Source: the human T2T-CHM13v2.0 reference genome, Homo sapiens. Taken from it: a stretch of 64,000 nucleotides of DNA. Shown in pieces: positions 17,001 to 32,200 of this stretch; position 1 is the stretch's first letter, and each line of letters starts with the position of its first letter. The position numbers and the translations under genes were made by a program. Where the stretch lies: assembly GCF_009914755.1 (NCBI RefSeq), contig NC_060938.1; one strand, given 5' to 3'. Under the pieces are notes generated by a model. That model made no database searches and was not told the DNA's origin. It worked only from the letters and a program-made list of their open reading frames with translations.

Positions 17001-20000
17001 TGATCAGTGCAGGGATATGACACAATGCCAGTGTAGGCAGAGTCTAGAGAAGAGTTACATGACCTAGGTGATCAGTGCAGAGATACATCACAACGCCTCT
17101 GTAGGCAGAGCCTTGACAGGTGGTACATCACCTGGGCGATCATTGCAGGGATATGTCACAAAGCACCCTGTAGGCAGATCCTAGACAAGAGTTACATCAC
17201 CTGAGTGAGCAGTGCAGAGATATGTCACATGCCCCCTACAGGCAGAGCCTAGACAAGAGTTATATCACCTGGGTGATAAGTGCAGTGATATGTCACAATG
17301 TCGTGTAGCCAGAGCCTAGACAAAAGTTTCATCACCTGGGAGATCAGTGCAGAGATATGTCACAATGTCCCCAGTAGGCAGAGCCTAGAAAAGATTTGGA
17401 TCACCTCAGGATCAGTGCAGAGATAAGTCTCAATCCCTCTGTGGGAAAAGCGGAGACAAGAGTTAAATCACCTTGCTTATCAGGGAAGAGGTATGTCAAA
17501 ATGTCACTGCAGGCAGAGCCTACTCAAGTGTTACATCACTTAGGTGATCAGTGCAGAGATATGCCAAAATACCCCCTGTAAGCAGAGCCTAGACTATAGT
17601 TACATGACCTAGGTGATCAGTGCAGAGATACATCACAATGCCCGTGTAGGCAGAGCCTTGACAAGTGTTATATCACCTGGGTGACCATTGCAGGGCTATG
17701 CCACAAAGCACCCTGTAGGCAGATCCTAGACAAGGGTTACATCACCTGGTTGATCAGTAAAGAAAATTTCACAATGCCGCTGCAGGCAGAGCGTAAGCAA
17801 GAGTCCAATCACCAGGGTGATCAGTGCAGAAATATGTCACAATGCCCCCATAGGCAGACCCAACACAAGAGTTACATCACCTGGGTGATCAGTGTAGAGA
17901 TATGTCACAATGCCCCTGTAGGCAGAGCCTAGACAAAAGTCCCATCACCTGGGTGATCAGTGCAGAGATATGTCACGAAGCTCCTGTAGGCAGAGCCTAG
18001 ACAAAAGTTACATCACCGGGATGATCAATACAGAGTGATGTCACAAAGCACCTTGTAGGCAGAGCCTAGAGAAGAGTTACATCACCTGTGTGATCAGTGT
18101 AGTGATATGTCACAATACCCCCTTGAGGCAGAGCCTAGACAAGAGTTACATCACCTGGGTGATCAGGGCAGAGATATGTCACAATCCCCCTGTAGGCAGA
18201 GCCCAGACTACAGTTGCATCATCTCGGTGATCAGTGCAGAGATATGTCTCAATTCTTCCTGTCAGCAAAGCCCAGACAAGAGTTACATCATCTCCGTGAC
18301 CAGTGCAGAGATATGTCAAAATGCACCTGTGGGCAGAGCCCAGACAAAATTTACATCACCTGGGTGATCAGTGCAGAGACATGTCACAATGTCCATGTAG
18401 GCAGAGCCTAGACAAGGGTTACATCACCTGGGTGATCATTGCAGAGTGATGTCACAACGCCCTCTGTAGGCAGAGACTAGACAAGAGTTACCTCACCTGA
18501 GAGATCAGTGCAGAGATATGTCACTATGTCCCTGTGGCCAGAGCCTAGACAAGAGTTACATCAGCTGGGTGATCAGTGCAGAGATAAGTCACAATGTCTA
18601 TCACAATGTCTCCATTAGGCAGAGCCTAGACAAGAGTAACATCACCTGGGTGATCACGTCAGAGATATGTCACAATGCCCTCTGTGGGCAGATCCCAGAC
18701 AAGAGTTGCATCACCTCGGTGATCAGTGCAGTGATGTGTTAAAATGCCCCTGTAGGCAGAGCCTAGACAAGAGTTACATCACCTGGGTGATCAGTGCAGA
18801 GATATGTCACAATGTCCCCTGTAGGCAGAGCCTAGGCAAGAGTTACATCATCTTTGCCATCAGTTCAGAGATATGTTAAAATGCCCCTTTAGGCAGATCC
18901 TAGACAAGACTTGCATCACCTGGGTGATCAGTGCAGAGATTTTTCACATTGCCCCCTGTAGGCAGAGGGTAGAAAAAAGTTACATCACCTAGGTGATCAG
19001 TGCTGAGATATTTCAGAATACCCACTGTAGACAGATCTTAGAGAAGACTTGCATCACCTGGGTGATCAGTGTAGAGATTTTTCACATTACCTCCTGTAGG
19101 CAGAGGGTAGAGACGTGTTAAATCACCTAGGTGATCAGTGCAGAGGTTTGTCAAAATTCCCTGTAGACAGAGCTTATAAAAGTGTTACATCACCTAGGTG
19201 ATCAGTGCAGAGATATATGTCACAAAGCTCCCTGTAGGCAGAGCCTAGCCAAGAATTCTCTCGCCAGGAGTGATAAGTGCAGAGATATGTCACAAAGCCC
19301 CTGTAGGCAGAGCTTAAATGAGTTACATCACCTGGGTGATCAGTGCAAAGTTATGTCACAAGGCCCCCTGTAGGCAAAGCCTAGACAATAGTTACATTAC
19401 TTGGGGGATCAGTAAAGACAACTCTCACAATTCCCCTGTAGGAAGAGCTTATACAACAGTTACATCACCTGGGTGATCAGTGCAGAGATATGTCACAATG
19501 CCCCCATAAGCAGATGCAAGACAAGAGTCCGTCACCTGGGTGTTCAGTACAGAAATACGTCAGAATGCCCTCGTGGGCAGAGCCTAGACAAAAGCCACAT
19601 CACCTGGATGATCAGTGCAGGGTTATGTCACAAAGTCCATTTACGCAGATCCTAGACAAGAGTTATATCACCTGGGTGATCAGTGCAGAGATATGTCACA
19701 ATGCCACTGTAGGCAGAGCCTAGACAAGAGTTATATCACATGGGTGATCAGTGCAGTGATATGTCACAATGCCGTGTGGCCAGAGCCTAGGCAAAGGTTA
19801 CATCATCGGGGAGATCAGTGCAGAGATATGTCACAATGCACCCTGTAGGCAGAGCCTAGAGAAGAGTTGCATCACCTGAGTTATCAGTGCAGAGATATGT
19901 TGCAATGCACACTGTAAGCAATGCCTAGACAAGAGTTACATCACCTCGGTGATCACTTCAGAGACATGTCAAAACGCCCCTGTAGGTGGAACCTAGAAAT

Positions 20001-23000
20001 GAGTTACATCACCTGGGTGATCAGGGCAGAGATATGTCACAATGCCCCCTGGAAGGAGAGCCCAGACAAGAGTTGCATCACCTCGGTGATCAGTGCAGAG
20101 ATATCTCACAATACCCCCTGAAAGCAGAGGCCAGACAAGAGTAACATCACCTCAGCGATCAGTGCAGAGATATGTCCCAATGTCCCTCTAGGCAGAGCTT
20201 AGAGAAGAGTCACATCTCCTGGATGATCACTGCAGAGATAAGTCACAATGTCCCCGCAGGCAGAGCCTAGACAAGAGTTACATAACCCGGGTGATCTGTG
20301 CAGAGTGATGTCACAACGCTCTCTGTAGGCAGAGACAAGAAAAGAGTTGCATCACCTGGGTGATCAGTGCAGAGATATGTCACAATGTCCCCTGTAGGCA
20401 AAGCCTAGGCAAGAGTTACATCACCTTTGTCATCAGTTCAGTGATATTTGAAAACGCCCCTGTAGGCAGAGCCTAGACAAGAGTTACATCACATAGTTGA
20501 TCAGTGCAGAGATATTTCACAATACCCCCTGTAGGCAGATCCTAGACAAGAGTTGAATCACCTGGGTGATCACTGCAGAGATATTTCACAATGCCCCCTT
20601 TGGGCAGAGGGTAGACAAGAGTTACATCCCCTAGGTGATCCGTGCTGAGATTTTTCAAAATTCCCTATAGGCAGTGCTTAAAAAAGCGTTACATCACCTA
20701 AGTCATCAGTGGAGAGATATGTCACAAAGCTCCTGTAGGCAGAACTTAGATGAGTTACGTCACCTGGGTGATCAGTGCAAAGGTATGTCACAAAGCCCCC
20801 TGTAGGCAAAGCCTAGACAATAGTTACATCACTTAGGTGAACAGTGGCGAGATCTCTCACAATTCCCCTGTGGGCAGAGCTTATACAACAGTTCCATCAC
20901 CTGGGTGATCAGTGCAGAGATATGTCACAATGCCCCCATAGGCAGATCCAAGACAAGAGTCCGTCACCTGGGTGATCAATGCAGAAATATGTCACAATGC
21001 CCTTTAGGCAGAGCCTAGACAAAAGCCCCATCACCTGGATGATCAGTGCAGAGTTATGTCACAAAGTCCCTTTAGGCAGATCCTAGACAAGAGTTACATC
21101 ACTTGGATGATCAGTGCAGAGATATGTCACAATGCCACTGTAGGCAGAGCCTAGACAAGAGTTACATGACCTAGGTGATCAGTGCAGAGTTACCTCGCAA
21201 TGTCCCTGTAGGCAGAGCCTTGAAAAGTGGTACATCACCTGGGTGATCATTGCAGGGATATGTCACAAAGCACCCTGTAGGCAGATCATAGAAAAGAGTT
21301 ATATCACCTGGGTGATCAGTGAAGAGATATGTCACAATGCCACTGTAGGCAGAGCCTAGACAGGAGTTACATGACCTAGGTGATCAGTGCAGAGATACAT
21401 CGCAATGCCCCTGTAGGCAGAGCCTTGACAAATGGCATGTCACCTGGGTGATCATTGCAGGGATAAGTCACAAAGCACCCTGTAGGCAGATCCTAGAGAA
21501 TAGTTATATCACCTGGGTGATCAGTGTAGAGATATGTCACAAGCCCCCTGTAGGCAGAGCCTAGACAAGAGTTATATCAACTGGGTGATCAGTGCAGTGA
21601 TATGTCACAATGCCGTGTAGCCAGAGCCTAGACTAAAGTTACTGCACCTGGGAGATCAGTGCAGAGATATGTCACAATGTCCCCGGTAGTCAGAGACCAG
21701 GCAAGAGTTGGATGACCTTGGGATCAGTGCAGAGATATGTCTCAAACCCCCTGTGGGCACAGCCTTGACAAGAGTTACATCAACTCGTTTAACAGTGCAG
21801 AGATATGTCAAAATGCCCCTGTAGGCATAGCCTACACAAGAGTTACATCACTTAGGTGATCCATGCCGAGATATGTCACAATACCACGTGTAAGCAGAGC
21901 CTAGACAAGAGTTACATCACCTGGGTGATCAGTGCAGAGATATGTGACAAGGCCTCTTTAAGCAGAGCCTAGACAATAGCTAAATCACCTGAGTGATCAG
22001 TGCAGAGAACTGTCACAATGACCCTTTAGGCAGAGCTTAGACCAGAGTTACATCACCTGGGTGATCAGTGCAGAGATATGACACAATGGCCCCATAGGCA
22101 AATCCAAGACAAGAGTCCATCACCTGGGTGATCAGTGCAGAAATATCTGACAATGCCCCCTGTAGGCAGAGCCTAGAGAAGAGTCCCATCACTTGGGTGA
22201 TCCGTGCAGAGATATTTCACAATGCCCCCTGTAGGCAGAGAGTGGACAAGAGTTACATAACCTAGTTGATCTGTGGAGAGCTATGCCAAAACGCCCCTGT
22301 AGGTAGAGCCTAGATAAATGTTACATCACCTGGGTGATCAGTGCAGAGATACGTCACAATACCTGTAGGTGGAGACTAGACAAGAGTTACATCACCTGGG
22401 TGATCAGTACAGAAATATGTCACAAAGCCCCTGTAGGCAGAGCATAAGCAAGAGTTACATCACCTGCGCGATCAGTGCAGAAATATCTCACAAATCCCCT
22501 GTAGGCTGAGCCTAGACAAGAGTTACATTTCATGGGTGATATGTCACAAAGCCCCCTGTAGACAAATCACAGAAAATTGTTACATCACCTGGGTGATCAG
22601 TGGAGGTATCTGTCACAATTCCCCTTTAGACGCAGCTTAGACAAGCATTACATCACAGGAGTGATCAGTGCAGAGATATATCACTATGCCCCCATAGGCA
22701 GACCCAAGACAAGAGTCCATCACCTTGGTGATCAGTGCAGAAATATGCCACAAGGCCGCCAGTAGGCAGATATACACAAGAGTTACATCACCTGCGTGTT
22801 CACTGTAGAGATATGTCACAATGCCTCTGTAGGCAGAGCCTGGACAAGAGTCCCATCACCTGGGTGATCATTGCAGAGTTATGTCACAATGCCCCCCTTT
22901 TGGCAGAGCCAAGACAAGGGTTACATCACCTGGGTGATCAGGGCAGAGATGTGTCAAAAGCCCCCTGTAGCCACAGCCTAGAAGAGAGTTACATCAGCTG

Positions 23001-26000
23001 TGTGATCAGTGCAGTTACATGCCACAATGTCCCTGTAGCCATATGTTTGAGAAAAGTGACATCATCTGGGAGATCAGTGCGGAGATATGTCACAATGTAT
23101 CCAGTAGGAAGAGCCTAGACAAGAGTTACATCACCTGGTTGATCAGGGCAGAGATATGTCACAATGCCCCCTGTAAGCAGATCCCAGACGAGAGTTGCAT
23201 CACCTCGGTTATCAGTGCAGAGATATGTCTCAATGCTCCCTGTCAGCGAAGCCTATACAAGAGTTAAATCATCTCGGTGTTCAGTGCAGTGATATGTTAA
23301 AATGCTCCTGTAGGCAGAGCCTAGACACGAGTTAAATCACCTGGGTGACCAGTGCAGAGATATGTCACAATACCACCTGTAAGCAGAGCCTTGACAAGAG
23401 GTACATCACCTGGGTGATCAGTGCAGAGATATGTCATAAATCCCACTGTAGGCAAAGCCTAGACCAGTTTTACATCACCTCAGCGATCAGTGCAGAGATA
23501 TGTCCCAATGTCCCTCTAGGCAGAGCTTAGAAAAGAGTCACAACTCCTGGGTGATCAGTGCAGAGATACGTCACAATGCTCGCGTAAGCAAAGCCTAGAC
23601 AAGAGTTACATAACCAGGGTGATCCGTGCAGAGTGATGTCACAATGCCCTCTGTAGGCATTGATTTGAAAAGAGTTACATCACCTGGGTGATCAGTGCAG
23701 AGATATGTCACAATGCCCCTGTAGGCAGAGCATAGAGAAGAGTTGCATCACCTGGGTGATCAGTGCAGAGATATGTCACAATGTCCCCTGTAGGCAGAGC
23801 ATAGAGAAGAGTTGCATCACCTGGGTGATAAGTGCAGAGATATGTCACAATGTCCCCTGTAGGCAAAGCCAAGGCAAGATTTACATCACCTTTATCATCA
23901 ATTCAGGGATATGTGAATACACCCTTGAAGGCAGGGCCTAGACGAGAGTTCCATCACCTAGTTGATCAGCGCAGAGATGTTTCACAATAACCCCTGTAGG
24001 CAGATCCTAGACAAGAGTTGAATCACCTGGGTGATCAGTGCAGAGATACGTCACAATGCCACTGTAGGCAGAGCCTAGACAAGAGTTACATGACCTAGAT
24101 GATCAGTGCACAGATAAATCGCAATGCCCCTGTAGGCAGAGCCTTGACAAGTGGTATATCACCTGGGTGATCATTGCAGGGATATGTCACAAAGCACCCT
24201 GTAGGCAGATCCTAGAGAAGAGTTATATCACCTGGGTGATCAGTGCAGAGATATGTCACAAGAACCCTGTAGGCAGAGCCTAGACTAGAGTTATATCACC
24301 TGGGTGATCAGTGCAGTGATGTGTCACAATGCCATGTAGCCAGAGTCTAGACTAAAGTTACTGCACCTGGGAGATCAGTGCAGAGGTCTGTCACAATGTC
24401 CCCAGTAGGCAGAGACCAGGCAAGAGTTGGATCACCTTGGGATCAGTGCAGAGATATGTCTCAATCTGTGGGCACAGCCTAGACAAGAGTTACATCACCT
24501 CTGTTAACAGTGCAGAGATATGTCAAGATGCCCCTGTAGGCAGAGGCTACACAAGTGTTACATCACTCAGGTGATCAGTGCAGAGATATGTCACGATACC
24601 CCCTGTAAGCAGAGTCTAGACAAGAGTTACATCACCTGGGTGATTTGTGCAGAGATATGTGACAAGGCCCTTTTAAGCAGAGCCTAGACAATAGTTACAT
24701 CACCTGAGTGATCAGTGCAGAGATCTGTCACAATGCCCCTTTAGGCAGAGCTTAGAGCAGAGTTACGTCACCTGGGTGATCAGTGCAGAGATATGTCACA
24801 ATGCCCCCATAGGCAAATCCAAGACAAGAGTCCAACACCTGGGTCATCAGTGCAGAAATATGTGACAATGCCCCCATTAGGCAGAGCCTAGAGAAGAGTC
24901 CCATCACCTGGGTGATCAGTGCAGAGATATTTCACAATGCCCCTGCAGGCAGAGCGTAAGCAAGAGTTACATCACTTAGATGATCAGTGCAGAGATATGT
25001 CACAAGGACCCCTATAGGCAGAGCCTGGAGAAGAGTTATATCACCTCGGTGATCAATGCAGTGATATGTCTCTATGCCCCGTAGTCAGAGCCTACTCAAG
25101 CGTTACATCACCTGGGTAATCAGTGCAGAGATATGTCACAAAGCCCCCATACACAGAGCCTAGGCAAGAGTCCCATCACCTCGGTGATCAGTGAAGAGAT
25201 ATGTCACAATGCCCCCACAGGCGGATCCAACACAAGAGTCCCTTCACCTGGGTGATCAGTGCAGAGATATGTCACAAAACACCTGTAGACATAGCCTAGA
25301 CAAGGGTTTCATCAATTGGTTGATCAGTTCAGAGATGTGTCATAATGTCCATGTAGACAGATATATGACAAGAGTCTGTCACCTGGATGATCAGTGCAGA
25401 GATATGTCACAAAGGCCCTGTAGGCAGAGCGTAAACAAGAGTTACATCATTTGGGTGATCAGTGCAGAAATATATCACAAAGACCCTGTAGGAAGAGCCT
25501 AGACAAGAGTTGCATCTCCTGGTTGATCAGTGCAAAGATATGTCACAAAGCCACCTGTAGACAAATCCTAGAAATTTGTTATATCACCTGGGTGATCAGT
25601 GGAGATATCTGTTACAATTCCCCTTTAGCTGCAGCTTAGACAAACGTTACATCACATGAGTGATCGGTGCAGAGATTTGTCACTATGCCCCCATAGGCAG
25701 ATCCAAGACAAGAGTTCATCACCTGGGTGATCAGTGCAGAAGTATGCCACGATGCTGCCAGTAGGCAGATATAGACAATAGTTACATCACCTGCGTGATC
25801 ACTGCAGAGATATGTCACAATGCCCCTACAGGGAGAGCCTAGACAAGAGTCCCGTCACCTGGGTGATCAGTGCAGACTTATGTCACAATGCCCCCTTTTG
25901 GCAGAGCCTAGAGAAGGGTTACATCACCTGGGTGATAAGTGCAGAAATGTGTCACAAGCCCCCTGTAGCCGGAGCCTAGACAAGGGTTACATCAGCTGTG

Positions 26001-26887
26001 TGATCAGTGCAGTGACATGTCACAATATCCCTCTAGCCGTATCTTTGACAAAAGTGACATCACCTGGGTGATCAGTGCGGAGATATGTCACAATGTCTCG
26101 AGTAGGCAGAGCCTAGACAAGAGTTACATCACCTGGGTGATCAGGGCAGAGATATGTCACAATGTCCACTGTAAGCAGATCTCAGACAAGAGTTGCATCA
26201 CCTCGGTGATCAGTGCGGAGATATATCTCAATGCCCCCTGTTAGCAAAGCCTATACAAGAGTTACATCATCTCGGTGATCAGTGCAGTGATTTGTTAAAT
26301 TGCCCCCATAGGCAGAGACTAGACAAGAGTTTCATCTCCTGGGTTTTCAGTGCAGAGATATCTCACAATACGCCCGGTAAGCAGAGCCTAGACAAGAGTT
26401 ACATCACCTGGGTGATCAGTGCAGAGATACTTCATAAATCCCACTGTAAGCAAAGCCTAGACAAGTTTTACATCACCACAGCGATCAGTGCAGAGAGATG
26501 TCCCAATGTCCCTCTAGGCAGAGCTTAGACAAGAGTCACATCTCCTGGGTGATCAGTGCAGAGATATGTCACAATGCCCCCATAGGCAGAGCCTAGACAA
26601 GAGTTACATAACCCGGGTGATCCGTGCAGAGTGATGTCACAACGCCCTCTGTAGGCAGAGACTAGAAAAGATTTACATCACCTGGGTGATCAGTGCAGAG
26701 ATATGTCACAGTGTCCCCTGTAGGCAGAGCACAGAGAAGAGTTGCATCACCTGGGAGATCAATGCAGATATATGTCACAATGTCCCCTGTAAGCAAAGCC
26801 TAGGTACGAGTTACATCACCTTTTTCATCAGTTTAGGGATATGTGAAAACGCCCCTGTAGGCAGATCCTAGGGAAGAGTTGAATCTC
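14094..26887 (+). repeat. Beta-satellite (68-bp Sau3A/BSR) array 1
   Basis: Tandem ~68-69 bp monomers: gatcagtgcagagatatgtcacaatgccccctgtaggcagagcctagacaagagttacatcacctgggt. Confidence 0.97.
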
Positions 26888-27060
26888 TGGGAGCCCAGAG
26901 AGAGGCTTCCAGTTCCCGCGGGATTCCTGGAGAGGTCCGGAGAGCCAGCCCCCGATACGCGCCCCCCTCACACCTTCCCTCTCGCCCCCTTCCTCTTCGT
27001 TTCTCCGGCCCAACCATCACCACGCCCTCCACCCCAGGGCCTCGACGCCCTGGGAACATT

Positions 27061-28541
<1,481 letters not shown>

Positions 28542-29241
28542 GACACGGGGTTGGAACGGGGTCGGGTTGGGGTGGGGCAGTGGCCTCTCTTTCGCAGGGA
28601 ACACCTGGCTGGCTATGGAGGGGCGTGTCTTCACCCCGCCCATTCCACCAGGCAGACCGGCCTGGGATTCCTGCCTTCTAGGTCTAGGCCCGGTGAGAGA
28701 CTCCACAAAGCGGAGAACTGCCATTCTTTCCTGGGCACCCCGGGGATACCAGAGCTGGCCCAGGTACCAGCAGGTGGGCTGCCTACTGCGCACATGCGGT
28801 TTTGCGGGCAGCCGCCTGGGCTGTGGGAGCAGCCCGGGCAGAGCTCTCATGCCTTTCCACCACCACAACCACGCCTGACCACCCCCTCCCCACCCCCACC
28901 GCCTTCACCCGGAAAATGCGTCCTCCCCTGGGCTGAGTGGATACACCCATCCCGCGAAACACCGGGCCTGAGCTGCGTCCAGGCCTGACACCCCTCTGGC
29001 AGCTCGCCCCCTCTGCGCCTCCCCGCCACCGTCGCCAGCACGCCCGTGACCCTGCAGCCTCCCAGCTACCACCATGGAGCGCCTGGTTGTGGAACACAGA
29101 CCTCTAACTCTCTTTTCCAGCCTCGTGGCTAGACCTGCGCTCATTGCGCACCCTGGCTGACATGCAAGGGAACTCGCTGGCCTCTCTGTGCCCTTGTCCA
29201 TCCATGAAATTCCGACTGAGGCTCTCCCAACACATTCCGAT

Positions 29242-32200
29242 GCTCTTTAATCAAAGCCTGGAGAATAGTTACATCTCCTGGATGATCAGTTCAGAAATAT
29301 GTCACAATGCCCCCTCCCTGTGGAGCCTGGAGAAGATTTGCATAATTTGGGTGATCAGTGCAGAGATATATCACAATGTCCCCTGTACAAAAAGCCTTGA
29401 AAAGATTTACATCACCTCGGTGATCAGTGCATAGGTATGTCAGAAATCCCCAGTAGGCTGAACCTAGACAAGGGTTACATCACTTAGGTGATGAGTGTAA
29501 AGATATGTGAAAATTCCCCTGTAGACAGAGGCTAGACAAGTGTTCCATCACCTAGTGATCAGTGCAGGGATAAGACGTAAAGCCTCCTGTAGGTAGAGTG
29601 TAGACAATTGTTTCCTCCCTGGGGTGATCAGTGCAGAGATATGTCACAAAGCCCCTGTAAGCAGAACCTTAAGGGTTACATCACCTGTTTGATCAGTGGC
29701 AATGTACATCACAATGCTCCCTGTAGGCCAAGCCCAGACAATTGTTACATCACCTGGGTGAGCAGTGGAGAGATCTGTCACAATGCCCCTGTAGATAGAG
29801 CTTAAACAAGGGTTACATCACCTGGGTGATCAGTGCAGAGATATGTCAAAATGCTCCTGTAGGCTGAAACTAGACAGGAGTTCCATCACCCGGGTGATCA
29901 GTGCAGAGATATGTGAGAATTCCCATGTAGTCAGAGCCTAGACAACTGTTACATCACCTAGGTTATCAGTGTAGGTATAAGCCATAAAGCCTCCTGTAGG
30001 CAGAGAGTAGACAAGAGTTCCCTCCCCAGGGAGATCAGTGCAGGGGTGTGTCACAAAGCCCCTGTAGGCAGAGCCTAGACAAGAGTTTCATCACATGGTT
30101 AATCAGTTCAAAGATGTGTCACAATGTCCATGTAGGCAGATCGAAGACAAGAGTCCATCACCTGGGTGATCCGAGCAGAGATATGTACCAATGTCCCCTG
30201 TAGGCAGTGCCTAGACAAGAGTTACATCACCTCAGAGATCAGTGCATAGATATGTCACAAAGCCTTCTGTAGGCAAAGCCCATACAAGGCTTACGTCACC
30301 TAGGTTATAAGTGCAGTGATATGTCACAAAAATCCCTGTAGACAGAGCCTAGACAAGACTTCCATCACCTGGGTGATCAGTGCAGAGATATATCACAAAT
30401 CCCCTCCAGGCAGAGTATAGAGAAGGGTCCCATCACCTGGGTGATCAGTGCAGAGATATTTCACACTGCCCCCTGTAGGCAGAGAGTGGACAAGAGTTAC
30501 ATAACCTAGGTGATCTGTGCAGAGCTATGTCAAAACGCCCCTGTAGGCAGAGCCTAGATAAATGTTACATCACCTGGGTGATCAGTGCAGAGATACGTCA
30601 CAATACCCCCTGTAGGTGGAGCCTAGACAAGAGTTACATCACGTGGATGAACAGTGCAGAAACACAATAACCCCGGTAGGAGGAGACTAGACAAGAGTAA
30701 CATCACCTGGGTGATCAGTACAGAAATATGTCACAAAGCCCTGTAGGCAGGGCCTGAACAAGAGTTACATTTCCTGGGTGATCAGTGCAGAAATATGTCA
30801 CAAGCCCATGTAGGCCGAGCCTAGACAAGAGTTACATCTCCTGGGTGATCAGTGCGAAGATATATCACATAGCCCCCTGTAGACAAATCCCAGAAAATTG
30901 TTACGTCACCTGGGTGATCAGTGAAGATATCTGTCACAATTCCCCCTTAGGCACAGCTTAGTCAAGCGTTACATGAGTGATCAGTGCAGATATATGTCAC
31001 TATGACCCCATAGGCAGATCCAAGACAAGAGTCCATCACCTTGGTGATCAGTGCAGAAATATGCCACAATGCTGCCAGTAGGCAAATATAGACAAGTGTT
31101 ACATCACCTGCGTGATCAGTGCATATACATGTCATTATGCCCCCATAGGCAGATCCAAGACAAGAGTCCATCACCTGGGTGATCAGTGCAGAAATATGCC
31201 ACAATGCTGCCAGTAGGCAGATATAGACAAGTGTTACATCACCTGCGTTATCAGTGCAGAGATATGTCACAATGCCCCTGTAGGCAGAGCCTAGACAAGA
31301 GTCCCATCACCTGGGTGATCAGTGCAGAGGTATGTCACAATGCCCTCTTTTGGCAGAGCCTAGACAAGGGTTACATCACCTGGGTGATCAGTGCAGAGAA
31401 GTGTCACAAGCCCCCTGTAGCCAGAGCCTAGACAAGAGTTACATCAGCTGTGTGATAAGTGCAGTGACATGTCACAATGTCCCTGTAGCCATATCTTTGA
31501 CAAAAGTGACATCACCTGGGTGATCAGTGCGGAGATATGTCACAATGTCTCCAGTAGGCAGGCCAAGACAAGAGTTACATCACCTGGGTGATCAGTGCAG
31601 AGGTATGTCACAATGCCCCCTGTAGGCAGATCCCAGACAAGAGTTGCATCACCTCGGTGATCAGTGCAGAGATATGTCTCAATGCCCCCTGTTGGAGAAG
31701 CCTATACAAGAGTTACATCTTATCGGTGATCAGTGCAGTGATATGTTAAAATGCCCCTGTAGGCAGAGCCTAGACAAGAGTTAAATCACCTGGGTGATCA
31801 GTGCAGAGATATCTCACAATATCCCCTGTAAGCAGAGCCCAGACAAGAGTTACAACACCTGGGTGATCAGTGCAGTGATATGTCATGAATCCCAGTGTAG
31901 GCAAAGCCTAGACAATTTTACATCACCTCAGCGATCACTGAAGAGATATGTCCCAATGTCCCTCTAGGCAGAGCTTAGACAAGAGTCACATCTCCTGGGT
32001 GATCTGTGCAGAGCTAAGTCACAATGCCCCCATAGGAAGAGCCTACACAAGAGTTACATAACCCAGGTGATCCGTGGAGAATGATGTCCCAACGCCCTCT
32101 GTAGGCAGAGACTACAAAACACATCACCTGGGTGATCAGTGCAGAGATATGTCACAATGTCCCCTGTAGACAGAGCATAAAGAAGAGTTGCATCACATGG

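Noticed and set aside
14094-26887. CRISPR-like regular array
   Set aside because: The whole monomer is repeated with no unique spacers, the context is primate (Alu, L1), and there are no cas genes.
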